Origin: Dehalococcoidia bacterium
GTDB lineage: Bacteria; Chloroflexota; Dehalococcoidia; UBA2979
Direction of reading: 5' to 3'
NCBI GenBank assembly: GCA_965219085.1
Contig: OZ244720.1
Location: 2,720,001 to 2,784,000 of the forward strand
DNA: 64,000 nt
The position numbers and the translations under genes are program-made. The notes under the pieces are model-generated. The model was not told the origin of the DNA and ran no database searches. It was given only the letters and a program-made list of their open reading frames with translations. Shown here one piece after another: positions 20,139 through 28,923 of this stretch (positions are counted from its first letter, which is position 1; the number at the start of each line of letters is the position of its first letter).

Positions 20139-21195
20139 CGAACTCGCCCCGTTCCGCCTCGTCGATCATCGTGAGCACCTCGATCTCGACCTCGTCGGGG
20201 ATACGGCCCGTGAGCGCGAGCTCGAGCGAGGGTTGGCGGCCGCTCGTGTGGCGCTCGCCCTGGTGGATGGCGATGAGCGCCCAGCGCACGTGCGCCATCA
20301 CCTCCCAGTAGTGCACGGCCGCCGGGTCGAGGTCGCCGATGCCGCCCGCCTCGCGGTAGCCGCGCTCGAAGTCCTCGCGCGGCCCGAGCCCGCCGACGGG
20401 GCGGTCGAAGCGGTTGGCGCGCCAGCAGCGCGCGGTCAGCCAGCCGATGTCCTCGATGGGGTCGCCCCAGCGGGCGAACTCCCAGTCGAGCACGCCGCGC
20501 AGGCCGTCGTCGTCGGCCATGAAGTTGCCGTTGCGGTAGTCGCCATGCACAAGCACGAGTTGCTGCGTGGGGCGCGCGTTGCGCTCCAGCCAGCGCAGGC
20601 CCCACTCGAGCGCGGGGCGAGGGCGCGGGTGCGCGTCGAGCGCTGCACGGAACTCGGCGACGGCGGCGAGGGCAGGGCTCGGCTCCGGCCTGGGCAGGAA
20701 CGCCAGCGACGGTGTGTCGAGCGGCACCGTCTGGAGGCGCGCGAGTTCCTCGCCGAGCCGCGCGAGCAGCACCGGGCGCGACCCGCCGAGCTCCTCGTTG
20801 CGCACGAGCAGGTGCGCGGCGGCGACGCCGGGCGCGAAGCGGTTGACGGCAAATGGCCGGCCGAGCACCGAGGCGTCCTCGCAGCACCACAGGGGCTCCG
20901 GGACGGTCGTGCCGACGTCGGTCGCGGCTCGCGCGACGGCGAACTCGCTCACGAGGTCCAGGCTCTCAGCGAGCGTGGCGTCACCGGCCGCGCGCACGAC
21001 GAGCTCGTGCTCGCCCTCGAACGCCCCGCGGTCGAAGCGGGCGTCGAGGCGCCAGTGGAGGTGGATCGCGCCCCCGCCGAGCGGCTCGACCGCGGCGATC
21101 GCGACCTCGGTCGCCTCGGTCTCGGTGACGAGCCAGGCCGCGAGGGCGGCCTGTGCGTCGTCGTCCTCGAGGTCGAGCGGCGTGACGTCGGGCAT
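20131..21195 (-). CDS. aminoglycoside phosphotransferase family protein (ACAD10/11 N-terminal-like)
   Basis: LVHGDYRNGN, VLDWEFARWGDPIEDIGW. Confidence 0.9.
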   Translation of the reverse strand: MPDVTPLDLEDDDAQAALAAWLVTETEATEVAIAAVEPLGGGAIHLHWRLDARFDRGAFEGEHELVVRAAGDATLAESLDLVSEFAVARAATDVGTTVPEPLWCCEDASVLGRPFAVNRFAPGVAAAHLLVRNEELGGSRPVLLARLGEELARLQTVPLDTPSLAFLPRPEPSPALAAVAEFRAALDAHPRPRPALEWGLRWLERNARPTQQLVLVHGDYRNGNFMADDDGLRGVLDWEFARWGDPIEDIGWLTARCWRANRFDRPVGGLGPREDFERGYREAGGIGDLDPAAVHYWEVMAHVRWALIAIHQGERHTSGRQPSLELALTGRIPDEVEIEVLTMIDEAERGEFGG

Positions 21196-21199
21196 GGCG

Positions 21200-22219
21200 C
21201 TAGCCCGCTGCCGCCGACGCGACGCGCGCGAGGTGCGGCTGGACGGCCTCGTACAGCGGCAGGCGGTGGTCGATGGACACTTGCGCGGACTTGAGCAGCG
21301 ACTCGGAGGGTTGCCGCGCGCGCATGGAGAGCGGCGCGACGGTGTTCCAGAGTTCGCTCGCCACCATCAGCGGCGGGATCAACTCGGCCTCGCCGCCGTC
21401 GAGCCGCGGACTGGCGTGGGCGGCGTAGCCGGCGAGCCAGCTGCGCACCTTCTGGTTATCGGAGCCGCAGTCGATCACGAGGCTGCGAGCGATGTCCGCC
21501 ACCCGGGCGTCCTCGTGCGCCATGTCGAAGTCGAGCAGGCCCGTGACGGTGTCCTCCACGAACAGCACGTTGGCGCCGAGGCACTCGTAGTAGATGACGC
21601 TGTCGGGCTGCTCGCCGTAGCCGCGCGCATCCAGGTCGGCGACGTTGCGCTGGCGCGTCTCGGCGAGCGCGGCGGCGCGCTCGGGATCCTCGTCGGCGTA
21701 CCACGCGAGGAAGTCCTCGAACGACCGGAACCCCTCCGGCGCGACTGCGGCGTCGAGGTCCGTCACACGCCCGAACGTCGGGCGCTGCCCGGGCGACGGC
21801 CACTCGTCGAGGTCGGTGTGCAGCAGCGCGAGCAGGGAGCCCTTGCGCTGCAACACGAGCTCGCTGCGATCGGGTGGAGCGCCGCGCATGAACGGGAACA
21901 GCGCCCAGCGGCCCTCGTCGGTCTCGACGACGGTCCTGCCCTCATCGGTCGCGATCGGCGCCGGGACGGGCCATTTGCGGTCGGCGAGGAAGCGCAGCAG
22001 ATCGTGCTCGTAGGGGAGCGACTCGGTGGCGCGGCGCGGGTGGTAGCGGCGCAGGACGCGCGGGCCGGCCTCGGTCTCTGCGCGCCAGTGCTCGTTGGCC
22101 GCGCCGCCGCTGAGGCGCTCGGTGGCCGCGCCGGCGATGCCCCACGCCGCCAGCGCCGGCTCGACGGCGGCCGCGCCGCTGACGCCGTTGTCCGTGCCCG
22201 GTTGCTGCGAGGTGCTCAC
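21200..22219 (-). CDS. type II homoserine kinase-like phosphotransferase with atypical catalytic loop
   Basis: SGGAANEHW, VLRRY, GLLDFD; HGD motif replaced by YYE. Confidence 0.75.
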   Translation of the reverse strand: MSTSQQPGTDNGVSGAAAVEPALAAWGIAGAATERLSGGAANEHWRAETEAGPRVLRRYHPRRATESLPYEHDLLRFLADRKWPVPAPIATDEGRTVVETDEGRWALFPFMRGAPPDRSELVLQRKGSLLALLHTDLDEWPSPGQRPTFGRVTDLDAAVAPEGFRSFEDFLAWYADEDPERAAALAETRQRNVADLDARGYGEQPDSVIYYECLGANVLFVEDTVTGLLDFDMAHEDARVADIARSLVIDCGSDNQKVRSWLAGYAAHASPRLDGGEAELIPPLMVASELWNTVAPLSMRARQPSESLLKSAQVSIDHRLPLYEAVQPHLARVASAAAG

Positions 22220-22429
22220 GTCGGCCCCGTCTGTGCTGCTCGCCTATGGTAGAGCAAGCTCGGATCTCCGTCGCAGCATGTTTCCGTCCTCGCGTGGCCG
22301 CATCGGTCGGGAATTGGCGCAGATGGGATTACAGATCGTGCTGGATCGCCTACAGTGTGCGCACGCACCCTGGTTGGTGCGCCAGAGCACGTTACGCAAG
22401 TGGATACGAATCACTGGAGGGATAGGCCC

Positions 22430-24712
22430 ATGGTAGCGACGGACCGACCGCTGAAGGTTGTCGGCACACGCCCGGTGCGTCCGGACGGCGTGGACAAGGT
22501 GACGGGCCGCGCCACGTACGGTGGCGACGTGCGCTTCACAGGCATGCTCTACGGCCGCATCCTGCGCAGCCCGCACGCGCACGCCATCATCAAGAGCATC
22601 GACGCCTCGAAGGCGCTCGCACTCGACGGTGTGCGCGCCGTCGTCACCAACGCCGACTTCGCGCGGCAGCCGGACGAGGAGGTCGCGCTCGGCGAGCTCA
22701 GCGCGAACCTGAGCGAGATGCTCGACCAGGTCGTGGCGGGCGAGAAGGCGCTGTACCGCGGCCACGCGATCGCCGCCATCGCCGCGACCGACCCGCACAT
22801 CGCCGAGGACGCCCTCGACCTCATCGAGGTCGAGTACGAGGTGCTCGATGCGGTGCTCGACCCGCAGGAGGCGATGCGCAGCGGCGCCCCGCAGCTGCAC
22901 GCGGGCATGACAACCAAGGAGATTGGCGGGCTGTTCGACGGCGCCACGGGCGAGAGCGGCACCGAGGAAACAAACGCCGCTCAGCATGTGCAGTTCACCA
23001 AGGGTGACATCGCGGCCGGCTTCGACGAGGCGGACATCGTCATCGAGCGCGAGTTCGACACGGGGATGTACCACCAGGGCTACATCGAGACCCACAACGG
23101 CACCGCGATGTGGAACAAGGACGACCGCCTCCAGATCTGGTCCAGCACACAGGGGCAGTTCGAGGTGCGCGACCAGACCGCGATGCTGTGCGGCCTGTCG
23201 CCGTCTCGCGTGACGGTCGAGCCGGTCGAGATCGGCGGCGGCTTCGGCGGTAAGACGCACGTCGTCATGGAGCCGCTGGCGGCCATACTCTCGAAGAAGA
23301 CCGGCCGTCCGGTGAAGATGATCATGACGCGCGTCGAGGTCTTCGAGGGCACCGGCCCCACCTCCGGGACGCACATCCGCGTCAAGATCGGCGCGAAGCG
23401 CGACGGCTCCATCACCGCCATGGACGCTGAGTTGATCTTCGAGGCGGGCGCCTACGCCGGCTCGCCCTTCACCGCGGGCGCGATGTGCGCCTTCGGCCCC
23501 TACGACGTCGACAACATCGAGGTCGAGGGCTGGGACGTGGTGGTCAACAAGCCCAAGGTCGGCGCGTACCGCGCGCCCGGCGCGCCGGCGGCTGAGTACG
23601 CCGTCGAGTCGGTCATCGACGAGATCGCCGAGCGACTGGAGTTGGACCCGCTAGAGTTCCGGCTGCAGAACGCAGCCCAGGAGGGCACCGTCCGCGCCGA
23701 CGGCGCGGCGTTCGGGGTGATCGGCAACGTCGACACCCTGCAGGCCGTCCAGCAGAGCGACCATTACCGCTCCGAGCTGTCCGGTGAGAACCGCGGCCGC
23801 GGCGTGGCGTCCGGCTTCTGGTTCAACGTCGGCTTCACCTCGGCGGCCCACGCCAGCGTGCAGTCCGATGGCACCGTGGCACTCGTGCTCGGCTCCGCCG
23901 ACATCGGCGGCACCCGCGCGGCGATCGCGATGCAGTTCGCCGAGACGCTCGGCATCCCGTACGAGTCGGTGAACCCGCAGGTCGTCAACACCGACGCGGT
24001 CGGCTACACGATGGTCACCGGCGGCAGCCGTACCGCCTTCGCCGGCGGCTGGGCCGCCCACGAGGCCGCCCTCGACGTCCAACGCCAGCTCGAAGAGCGC
24101 GCGGCGGCGATCTGGGAGTGCGACCTCGACGCCGTCAGCTACGAGGACGGCGTGATGAGCGGGCCCGACGACCAATCCATGACGTTCGTGGAGATGTGCG
24201 CGCAGCTGCCGCACACGGGCGGGCTCATCCAGGGCAAGGCCGACGTGTCGCCCGAGACCTCGGGCCCGGCCTTCGCCTGCCACGTCGTGGACGTCGAGGT
24301 GGACCCGGAGACGGGCAAGGTGGACATCCTCCGCTACACGGCCGCACAGGACGTGGGCACTGCGGTGCACCCCTCGTACGTCGAGAGCCAGATGCAGGGC
24401 GGCGTCGCCCAGGGCATCGGCATGGCGCTGCACGAGGAGTACGTCTTCGACGAGGGTGGCAACATGGAGAACCCGACGTTGCTCGACTACCGCATGCCGA
24501 CCACGTTCGACCTCCCGATGCTCGACACGATCCTCGTCGAGGTCCCGAACCCCGGACACCCGTACGGGGTGCGCGGCGTCGGCGAGATCCCGATCGTGCC
24601 GGCGCTCGCGGCGGTTGCGAACGCGATCCACGACGCGATGGGCGTCCGCGTCACGCGGCTCCCGGCAACGCCGGACCGCATGCTGCAGCAGCTCGAGGAG
24701 CAGGGCAGCTAG
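22430..24712 (+). CDS. xanthine dehydrogenase family molybdopterin-binding large subunit
   Basis: DKVTGRATY, HQGYIE, IGGGFGGK, AYRAPG, QMQGGVAQGIG, GVRGVGE; GGAGG RBS. Confidence 0.93.
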   Translation: MVATDRPLKVVGTRPVRPDGVDKVTGRATYGGDVRFTGMLYGRILRSPHAHAIIKSIDASKALALDGVRAVVTNADFARQPDEEVALGELSANLSEMLDQVVAGEKALYRGHAIAAIAATDPHIAEDALDLIEVEYEVLDAVLDPQEAMRSGAPQLHAGMTTKEIGGLFDGATGESGTEETNAAQHVQFTKGDIAAGFDEADIVIEREFDTGMYHQGYIETHNGTAMWNKDDRLQIWSSTQGQFEVRDQTAMLCGLSPSRVTVEPVEIGGGFGGKTHVVMEPLAAILSKKTGRPVKMIMTRVEVFEGTGPTSGTHIRVKIGAKRDGSITAMDAELIFEAGAYAGSPFTAGAMCAFGPYDVDNIEVEGWDVVVNKPKVGAYRAPGAPAAEYAVESVIDEIAERLELDPLEFRLQNAAQEGTVRADGAAFGVIGNVDTLQAVQQSDHYRSELSGENRGRGVASGFWFNVGFTSAAHASVQSDGTVALVLGSADIGGTRAAIAMQFAETLGIPYESVNPQVVNTDAVGYTMVTGGSRTAFAGGWAAHEAALDVQRQLEERAAAIWECDLDAVSYEDGVMSGPDDQSMTFVEMCAQLPHTGGLIQGKADVSPETSGPAFACHVVDVEVDPETGKVDILRYTAAQDVGTAVHPSYVESQMQGGVAQGIGMALHEEYVFDEGGNMENPTLLDYRMPTTFDLPMLDTILVEVPNPGHPYGVRGVGEIPIVPALAAVANAIHDAMGVRVTRLPATPDRMLQQLEEQGS

Positions 24713-24751
24713 GGAGTAGCCTGTAGCGCACTAGCGAGCGTGAACACGCAG

Positions 24752-24785
24752 CGGCCGGGGGCATCGCCCCCGGCCGTTTGCTTTG
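24752..24785 (+). terminator. intrinsic terminator
   Basis: cggccgggggc-atc-gcccccggccg followed by tttgctttg. Confidence 0.75.
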
Positions 24786-24939
24786 CACGAGGAGATCCCC
24801 GCGCCTGCCTATCCGTATCGTTGTATGGTTGTGAATAGTTGAGATACGGGAGTATGCTCGTCTCGGCAAACGAAGGAGCCGACCACGATGAGCGTGCAAC
24901 AGCCCGGCTGGCGAACGTCGCAGCGGTCCTGACCAGACG

Positions 24940-25404
24940 ATGCCGATCGTCGGCCCGTCCCGCGTTGGACGGGCGATGCTGCTACTTGCGGTCCTCGTTG
25001 CCGTTAGTGTCGTTGCTGTCCTGTACGACCATAACGGATGGGATTTCCTCGGGAACACCGGCCTGGACGGAGCTCCCTCGGGCATTGTGAAGACGGGTGG
25101 CTCGCTTGCACCGCTCGTCGTTGTGTCGGTTACGCTGATGATCCTCGTAGTCGAGGGGGGAACGATGGTTGCAGACACATTCCGGAAGCAGCTCCAGGAG
25201 CGAGCACGCCAGCGAGGTCACGAAGAGGGTCTCGTCAGGGGTCGAGAAGAAGGTCGCGAAGAGGGTCTCGTCAGGGGTCGAGAAGAAGGCCGCGACGAAG
25301 GCCGCGACGAAGAGCGCGCGAGGTGGCAGGAGTGGCTTGAGAGGAAACAAGCCGCGGAGCTCGAAGAGCGCCCGTTCGACGAGCCACCACCCCGCGAGGA
25401 GTAG
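24940..25404 (+). CDS. two-TM protein with EGREEG-repeat C-terminal module (internal start at 25165)
   Basis: Two hydrophobic helices, then GAGGGGGG RBS and ATG 25165 (MVADTFRKQL...RPFDEPPPREE). Confidence 0.65.
   Translation: MPIVGPSRVGRAMLLLAVLVAVSVVAVLYDHNGWDFLGNTGLDGAPSGIVKTGGSLAPLVVVSVTLMILVVEGGTMVADTFRKQLQERARQRGHEEGLVRGREEGREEGLVRGREEGRDEGRDEERARWQEWLERKQAAELEERPFDEPPPREE
25222..25315 (+). repeat. coding tandem repeat (36 nt x2 plus 12-nt subunits, EEGLVRGREEGR)
   Basis: gaagagggtctcgtcaggggtcgagaagaagg(t/c)cgc repeated, followed by gacgaaggccgc-type units. Confidence 0.8.
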
Positions 25405-25417
25405 GACTCGCTCGTCG

Positions 25418-25573
25418 ATGGTTGCAGACGCATTCCGCGAACAACTCCGCGAGCGCGAGCGTCGGCGGGTTCGCGAGGAGGAACGGGCGAGGTGGCGGGA
25501 GTGGCTCGCTCGGAAGCAAGCTGCCGAACTCGAGAACCGCCCGTTCGATGAGCCCCCGCCGGGCGAGGAGTAG
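25418..25573 (+). CDS. 51-aa paralog 2 of the MVAD...RPFDEPPP module
   Basis: MVADAFREQLRERERRRVREEERARWREWLARKQAAELENRPFDEPPPGEE*; GAGGAG/AGGA around previous stop. Confidence 0.7.
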   Translation: MVADAFREQLRERERRRVREEERARWREWLARKQAAELENRPFDEPPPGEE

Positions 25574-25588
25574 GACCCCGCGTCGCCG

Positions 25589-25867
25589 ATGGTTGCCGAC
25601 GTATTCCGGGAACAACTACGCCTCAGCAGCGAGCGCAAGCGCCTGCGCCGTCGCGAGGAGGGACGCGAGAAGGGTCGCCGGGAAGAGCGAGCACGCTGGC
25701 AGGCATGGCTCGCGCGGATGCAGGCGGCGGAACTGGAGAACCGTCCGTTCGATGAGCCACCGCCGGGCGAGGGAGGCCTCGCCGACGCACGGGTGGTGGC
25801 ACGCTATAGGGCCGGGATGGGGCCTCGGCCGCTTGCCTGTCTCTGGCCCCTTGCGATCAGCCGGTGA
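25589..25867 (+). CDS. paralog 3 of the MVAD...RPFDEPPP module with extended C-terminus
   Basis: MVADVFREQL...EEGREKGRREERARWQAWLARMQAAELENRPFDEPPPGE; the shared GAG-TAG stop is lost. Confidence 0.65.
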   Translation: MVADVFREQLRLSSERKRLRRREEGREKGRREERARWQAWLARMQAAELENRPFDEPPPGEGGLADARVVARYRAGMGPRPLACLWPLAISR

Positions 25868-26687
25868 CGGTCTCGAAGTAGCGCTGCACCGCCGAGGGCG
25901 TCTGCGTCTCGAGCATCTCGATGACCGAGTCCGGCATCGCTTCCATCGCCTCGGCCGCTGTCTCGACGCCCGCGCAGGTGCGGCTGAGCGTCTCGAACGT
26001 GCTCGCCTGCTCGGAGACGAACATCGAGTCGACGATGAGGCCGTGGCCGGGCACGTAGCGGTCGACCATCGCCGCGCCCAGCTTGCGCAGCGTCGGCCCC
26101 CACTCGGCCGGGAAGGCCTCGCCCGTGATCGGCGGGCCCGACTGCTCGATCAGGTCGCCGGCGAACGCCACGCCCGCGCCCTCGACGCCGATCGCGATGT
26201 CGTTGTCGGTGTGCGCACGCCCGAGGTACGCGAGCCGCAGGTCGACGCCGCCGAGGTGCACGTCGACGTACTGCTCGAACGTGAGCGTGGGAGGCGCGAT
26301 CGGGACGGCGCGCACCTGCTCCTCGATCATCGGCATGTGCGACGCCATCGTGTCGCGGTGCGAGGCGCCCTCGTCGCCGACGAGCTTCAGCCGGCAGCGC
26401 GCATGGCCGACGGTGATAGCGGGGAGGAACCACCAGTTCCCGAAGCTGTGATCGCCGTGGTGGTGCGTGTTGATGACGTAACGGACGGGCTTGTCCGTCA
26501 CGCTCGACACCGCGTTCAGCAGTGAGCGCGCGTCCGACTCGGTCGTGCCGGTGTCTATCACGGCCACGGCGTCGTCACCGACGATGATGCCGGTGTTGAC
26601 CATGATGAAGCCCGTGATCGTGTAGACGAAGACGCCGTCGGCGAGCTCGCTGAGCCCGGCGACGGGTCTTGCGCCCTCGGTTGTCAC
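25857..26687 (-). CDS. MBL-fold metallo-hydrolase
   Basis: INTHHHGDHSFGN, AHTDND, FAGDL, VPGHG. Confidence 0.92.
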   Translation of the reverse strand: MTTEGARPVAGLSELADGVFVYTITGFIMVNTGIIVGDDAVAVIDTGTTESDARSLLNAVSSVTDKPVRYVINTHHHGDHSFGNWWFLPAITVGHARCRLKLVGDEGASHRDTMASHMPMIEEQVRAVPIAPPTLTFEQYVDVHLGGVDLRLAYLGRAHTDNDIAIGVEGAGVAFAGDLIEQSGPPITGEAFPAEWGPTLRKLGAAMVDRYVPGHGLIVDSMFVSEQASTFETLSRTCAGVETAAEAMEAMPDSVIEMLETQTPSAVQRYFETVTG

Positions 26688-26962
26688 GAGGCGGTCGCGA
26701 TCTCACCCAGCTCTCGCTCGCCGCGGTCGATCGCGGCGAGCAGCGCCCGCACGAGCTCGCGCCCGGACTCGGCGGTGAGCTCCACGGCCACGCGCGCCCC
26801 GGGCCCCGCCGAGGCATCGACGAAGTCGATGCTCAGCGCGTGGTCCTCGGGGAGGTTGAAGGGGTGGTCGAACATCACGTTGACGCGGTCGACATGGAAC
26901 CAGCCCTTCGGCCCCTTGCCGCTGCCGGAGATGTCGGCCTGCTCAACGATCATCGTGCACAT
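26684..26962 (-). CDS. DUF6295-like small protein
   Basis: MCT.I.....I.GSGKG..GWF...FDHP...HALSIDF...RVAVEL. Confidence 0.75.
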   Translation of the reverse strand: MCTMIVEQADISGSGKGPKGWFHVDRVNVMFDHPFNLPEDHALSIDFVDASAGPGARVAVELTAESGRELVRALLAAIDRGERELGEIATAS

Positions 26963-27008
26963 CGTCAGTCCTCGATTCGTTCGATGTTGGTGGTGGTGGG
27001 CGCGACTC

Positions 27009-27770
27009 CTAGGTGAGGTGCTCGCCGTAGAACTCGAAGATGTGCTGCCACGCGTCCATCGTCGCCTCGGGGCGGTACATGGCCGTGTGGTGGTACATGA
27101 AGCCGTGCCCGGCGCCCTCGTAGCGGTGGAACTCGTAGTCCTTGCCGTGCTGCTTCAGGATCTCCTCGTGCTCGTCGACCTGCGCCGCCGTGGGGCTCAC
27201 GTCGTCGTTGCCGAACAGCCCGAGCAGCGGGATCGACAGGTTCTCGGTCATGTCGATGGGCGCGACGGGCGCCTTCTCGTTGAGGTCGTCCTCGCCCATG
27301 ATCACGCGCCCGCCCCAGCAGTCGACGGCCGCGTCGAACTGGTCCGAGCTGCACGCCACGAGGTAGGTGTGACGCCCGCCCGAGCAGGTGCCGATGAGCC
27401 CCGCCTTACCGTTGAAGTAGGGCAGACCGTCGAGGTAGGCCTTGGCGCCCTCGATGTCCGCAATCACCTGCGCGTCGGAGATCCCGCCGGCTGCGCGGAC
27501 CGCCGCCGCCACATCTTCGGGCGTGCCGTGGCCGTCGCGCTCGTAGAGGTTGGGGCAGATGGCGATGTAGCCGTGGTGCGCGAAGCGACGCGCCATCTCG
27601 CGGTTGTACTCGTCCCAGCCGGGGATGTGGTGGATCATCACCACGCCGGGGAACGGCCCCGCGCCGAGCGGCCGCGCGAGGTAGGTGTGGAGCGGGTCGC
27701 CGTTGTCGCCGGCGACCGTCACGGTCTCCGCGATCATGCCCTCGTACATGTCGGTCGTGTATTCGTGCAT
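27009..27770 (-). CDS. dienelactone hydrolase family protein
   Basis: IGTCSGG nucleophile Cys, FGNDD, YEGAGHGF. Confidence 0.92.
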   Translation of the reverse strand: MHEYTTDMYEGMIAETVTVAGDNGDPLHTYLARPLGAGPFPGVVMIHHIPGWDEYNREMARRFAHHGYIAICPNLYERDGHGTPEDVAAAVRAAGGISDAQVIADIEGAKAYLDGLPYFNGKAGLIGTCSGGRHTYLVACSSDQFDAAVDCWGGRVIMGEDDLNEKAPVAPIDMTENLSIPLLGLFGNDDVSPTAAQVDEHEEILKQHGKDYEFHRYEGAGHGFMYHHTAMYRPEATMDAWQHIFEFYGEHLT

Positions 27771-27823
27771 CGATGCCTCCTTGAGCGCTGCTTCCTGCTT
27801 GTGTTGCCTGCCTGGTCGCGGGT

Positions 27824-28834
27824 CTACTCGCCCGCGATACGTACCACCATCTTGCCGATGTTTGAGCCGTCGAACAGCCCGAGGAACGCCTCGGGCGCTC
27901 GCTCCAGCCCCTCGACGACTGTCTGCCGGCTGCGCACCTCGCCCTCGCCCAGCCAGCGCCGCATGTCCGCGAGGAACGCCTCGCGGCGGTCGGCGTGGTC
28001 GGAGACGATGAATCCCTGGATCCTCAGTCGCTTACGCACGATGTGGCTGAGGTTGTTCGGGCCGGGCTGCGCCTCCGCTGCGTTGTAGCCCGCGATCGAG
28101 CCGCACGCCACCACCCGCCCGTGGTCGTTCAGGTGGTTGAGCGCCGCCTGCAAGTGATCGTGCCCGACATTGTCGAAGTACACGTCGACGCCGTCGGGCG
28201 CGTGCTCCGCGAGCGCCACCTCGAGATCCTCGGCGCGGTAGTCGATGGCTGCGTCGAACCCCAGGTCGTCGACGAGCCACGCCGTCTTCTCGGGCGAGCC
28301 CGCGCTGCCGATCACGCGGCAGCCGCGCAGCTTCGCGATCTGCCCGACGACGCTGCCGACCGCGCCCGCAGCCGCGGAGACGAACACGGTCTCGCCCTCG
28401 CGCGGCTGCCCGAGGTCGAGCAGCCCGACGTACGCGGTATGCCCGGGCATCCCGAGCACGCCGAGGTAGTCGGCGGTGTTTTCGACATCCGGGTCGAGCG
28501 CCGTGAAGGCCGCGGCGGGTCCGAGCGCGAGGTCGCGCCACCCGAGGTTGCTGGACACGAGGTCGCCGGCGGCGAGGGCCGCGTCGCCCGAGGCGACCAC
28601 GCGGCCGACTGCGCCGCCCAGCATGACCTCGTCGATGGCCCAGGGATCGGAGTACGAGGGCTCGTCGCGCATGCGGCCGCGCATGTAGGGGTCGACGGAC
28701 ATCCAGTCGTTGCGGACCAGTACCTCGCCCGCGGCGGGGTCGGGCACGTCCACCTCGACGAGTTCGAAGTCGGCGGCGGCGGGCAGCCCCTCGGGGCGCG
28801 TGCGCAACCGTATCTCGCGGCTTCGATGGCTCAT
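27824..28834 (-). CDS. NADP-dependent oxidoreductase (CurA/YncB-type alkenal reductase)
   Basis: SVDPYMRGRM, LGMPGHTAY, VSAAAGAVGSVVGQIAK, YFDNVG. Confidence 0.92.
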   Translation of the reverse strand: MSHRSREIRLRTRPEGLPAAADFELVEVDVPDPAAGEVLVRNDWMSVDPYMRGRMRDEPSYSDPWAIDEVMLGGAVGRVVASGDAALAAGDLVSSNLGWRDLALGPAAAFTALDPDVENTADYLGVLGMPGHTAYVGLLDLGQPREGETVFVSAAAGAVGSVVGQIAKLRGCRVIGSAGSPEKTAWLVDDLGFDAAIDYRAEDLEVALAEHAPDGVDVYFDNVGHDHLQAALNHLNDHGRVVACGSIAGYNAAEAQPGPNNLSHIVRKRLRIQGFIVSDHADRREAFLADMRRWLGEGEVRSRQTVVEGLERAPEAFLGLFDGSNIGKMVVRIAGE

Positions 28835-28923
28835 CAGGGCTCCTCGTGATCGCCGGGCCGCCGCGATGATAGCGGAGTGCGCGCCTGCGGGTGCGACGTG
28901 CGCGGCGGGTACGCAGCGCACGG

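Noticed and set aside
22430-24712. Aerobic CO dehydrogenase CoxL
   Set aside because: Active-site loop is AYRAPG, not AYxCSFR (form I) or AYxGAGR (form II).
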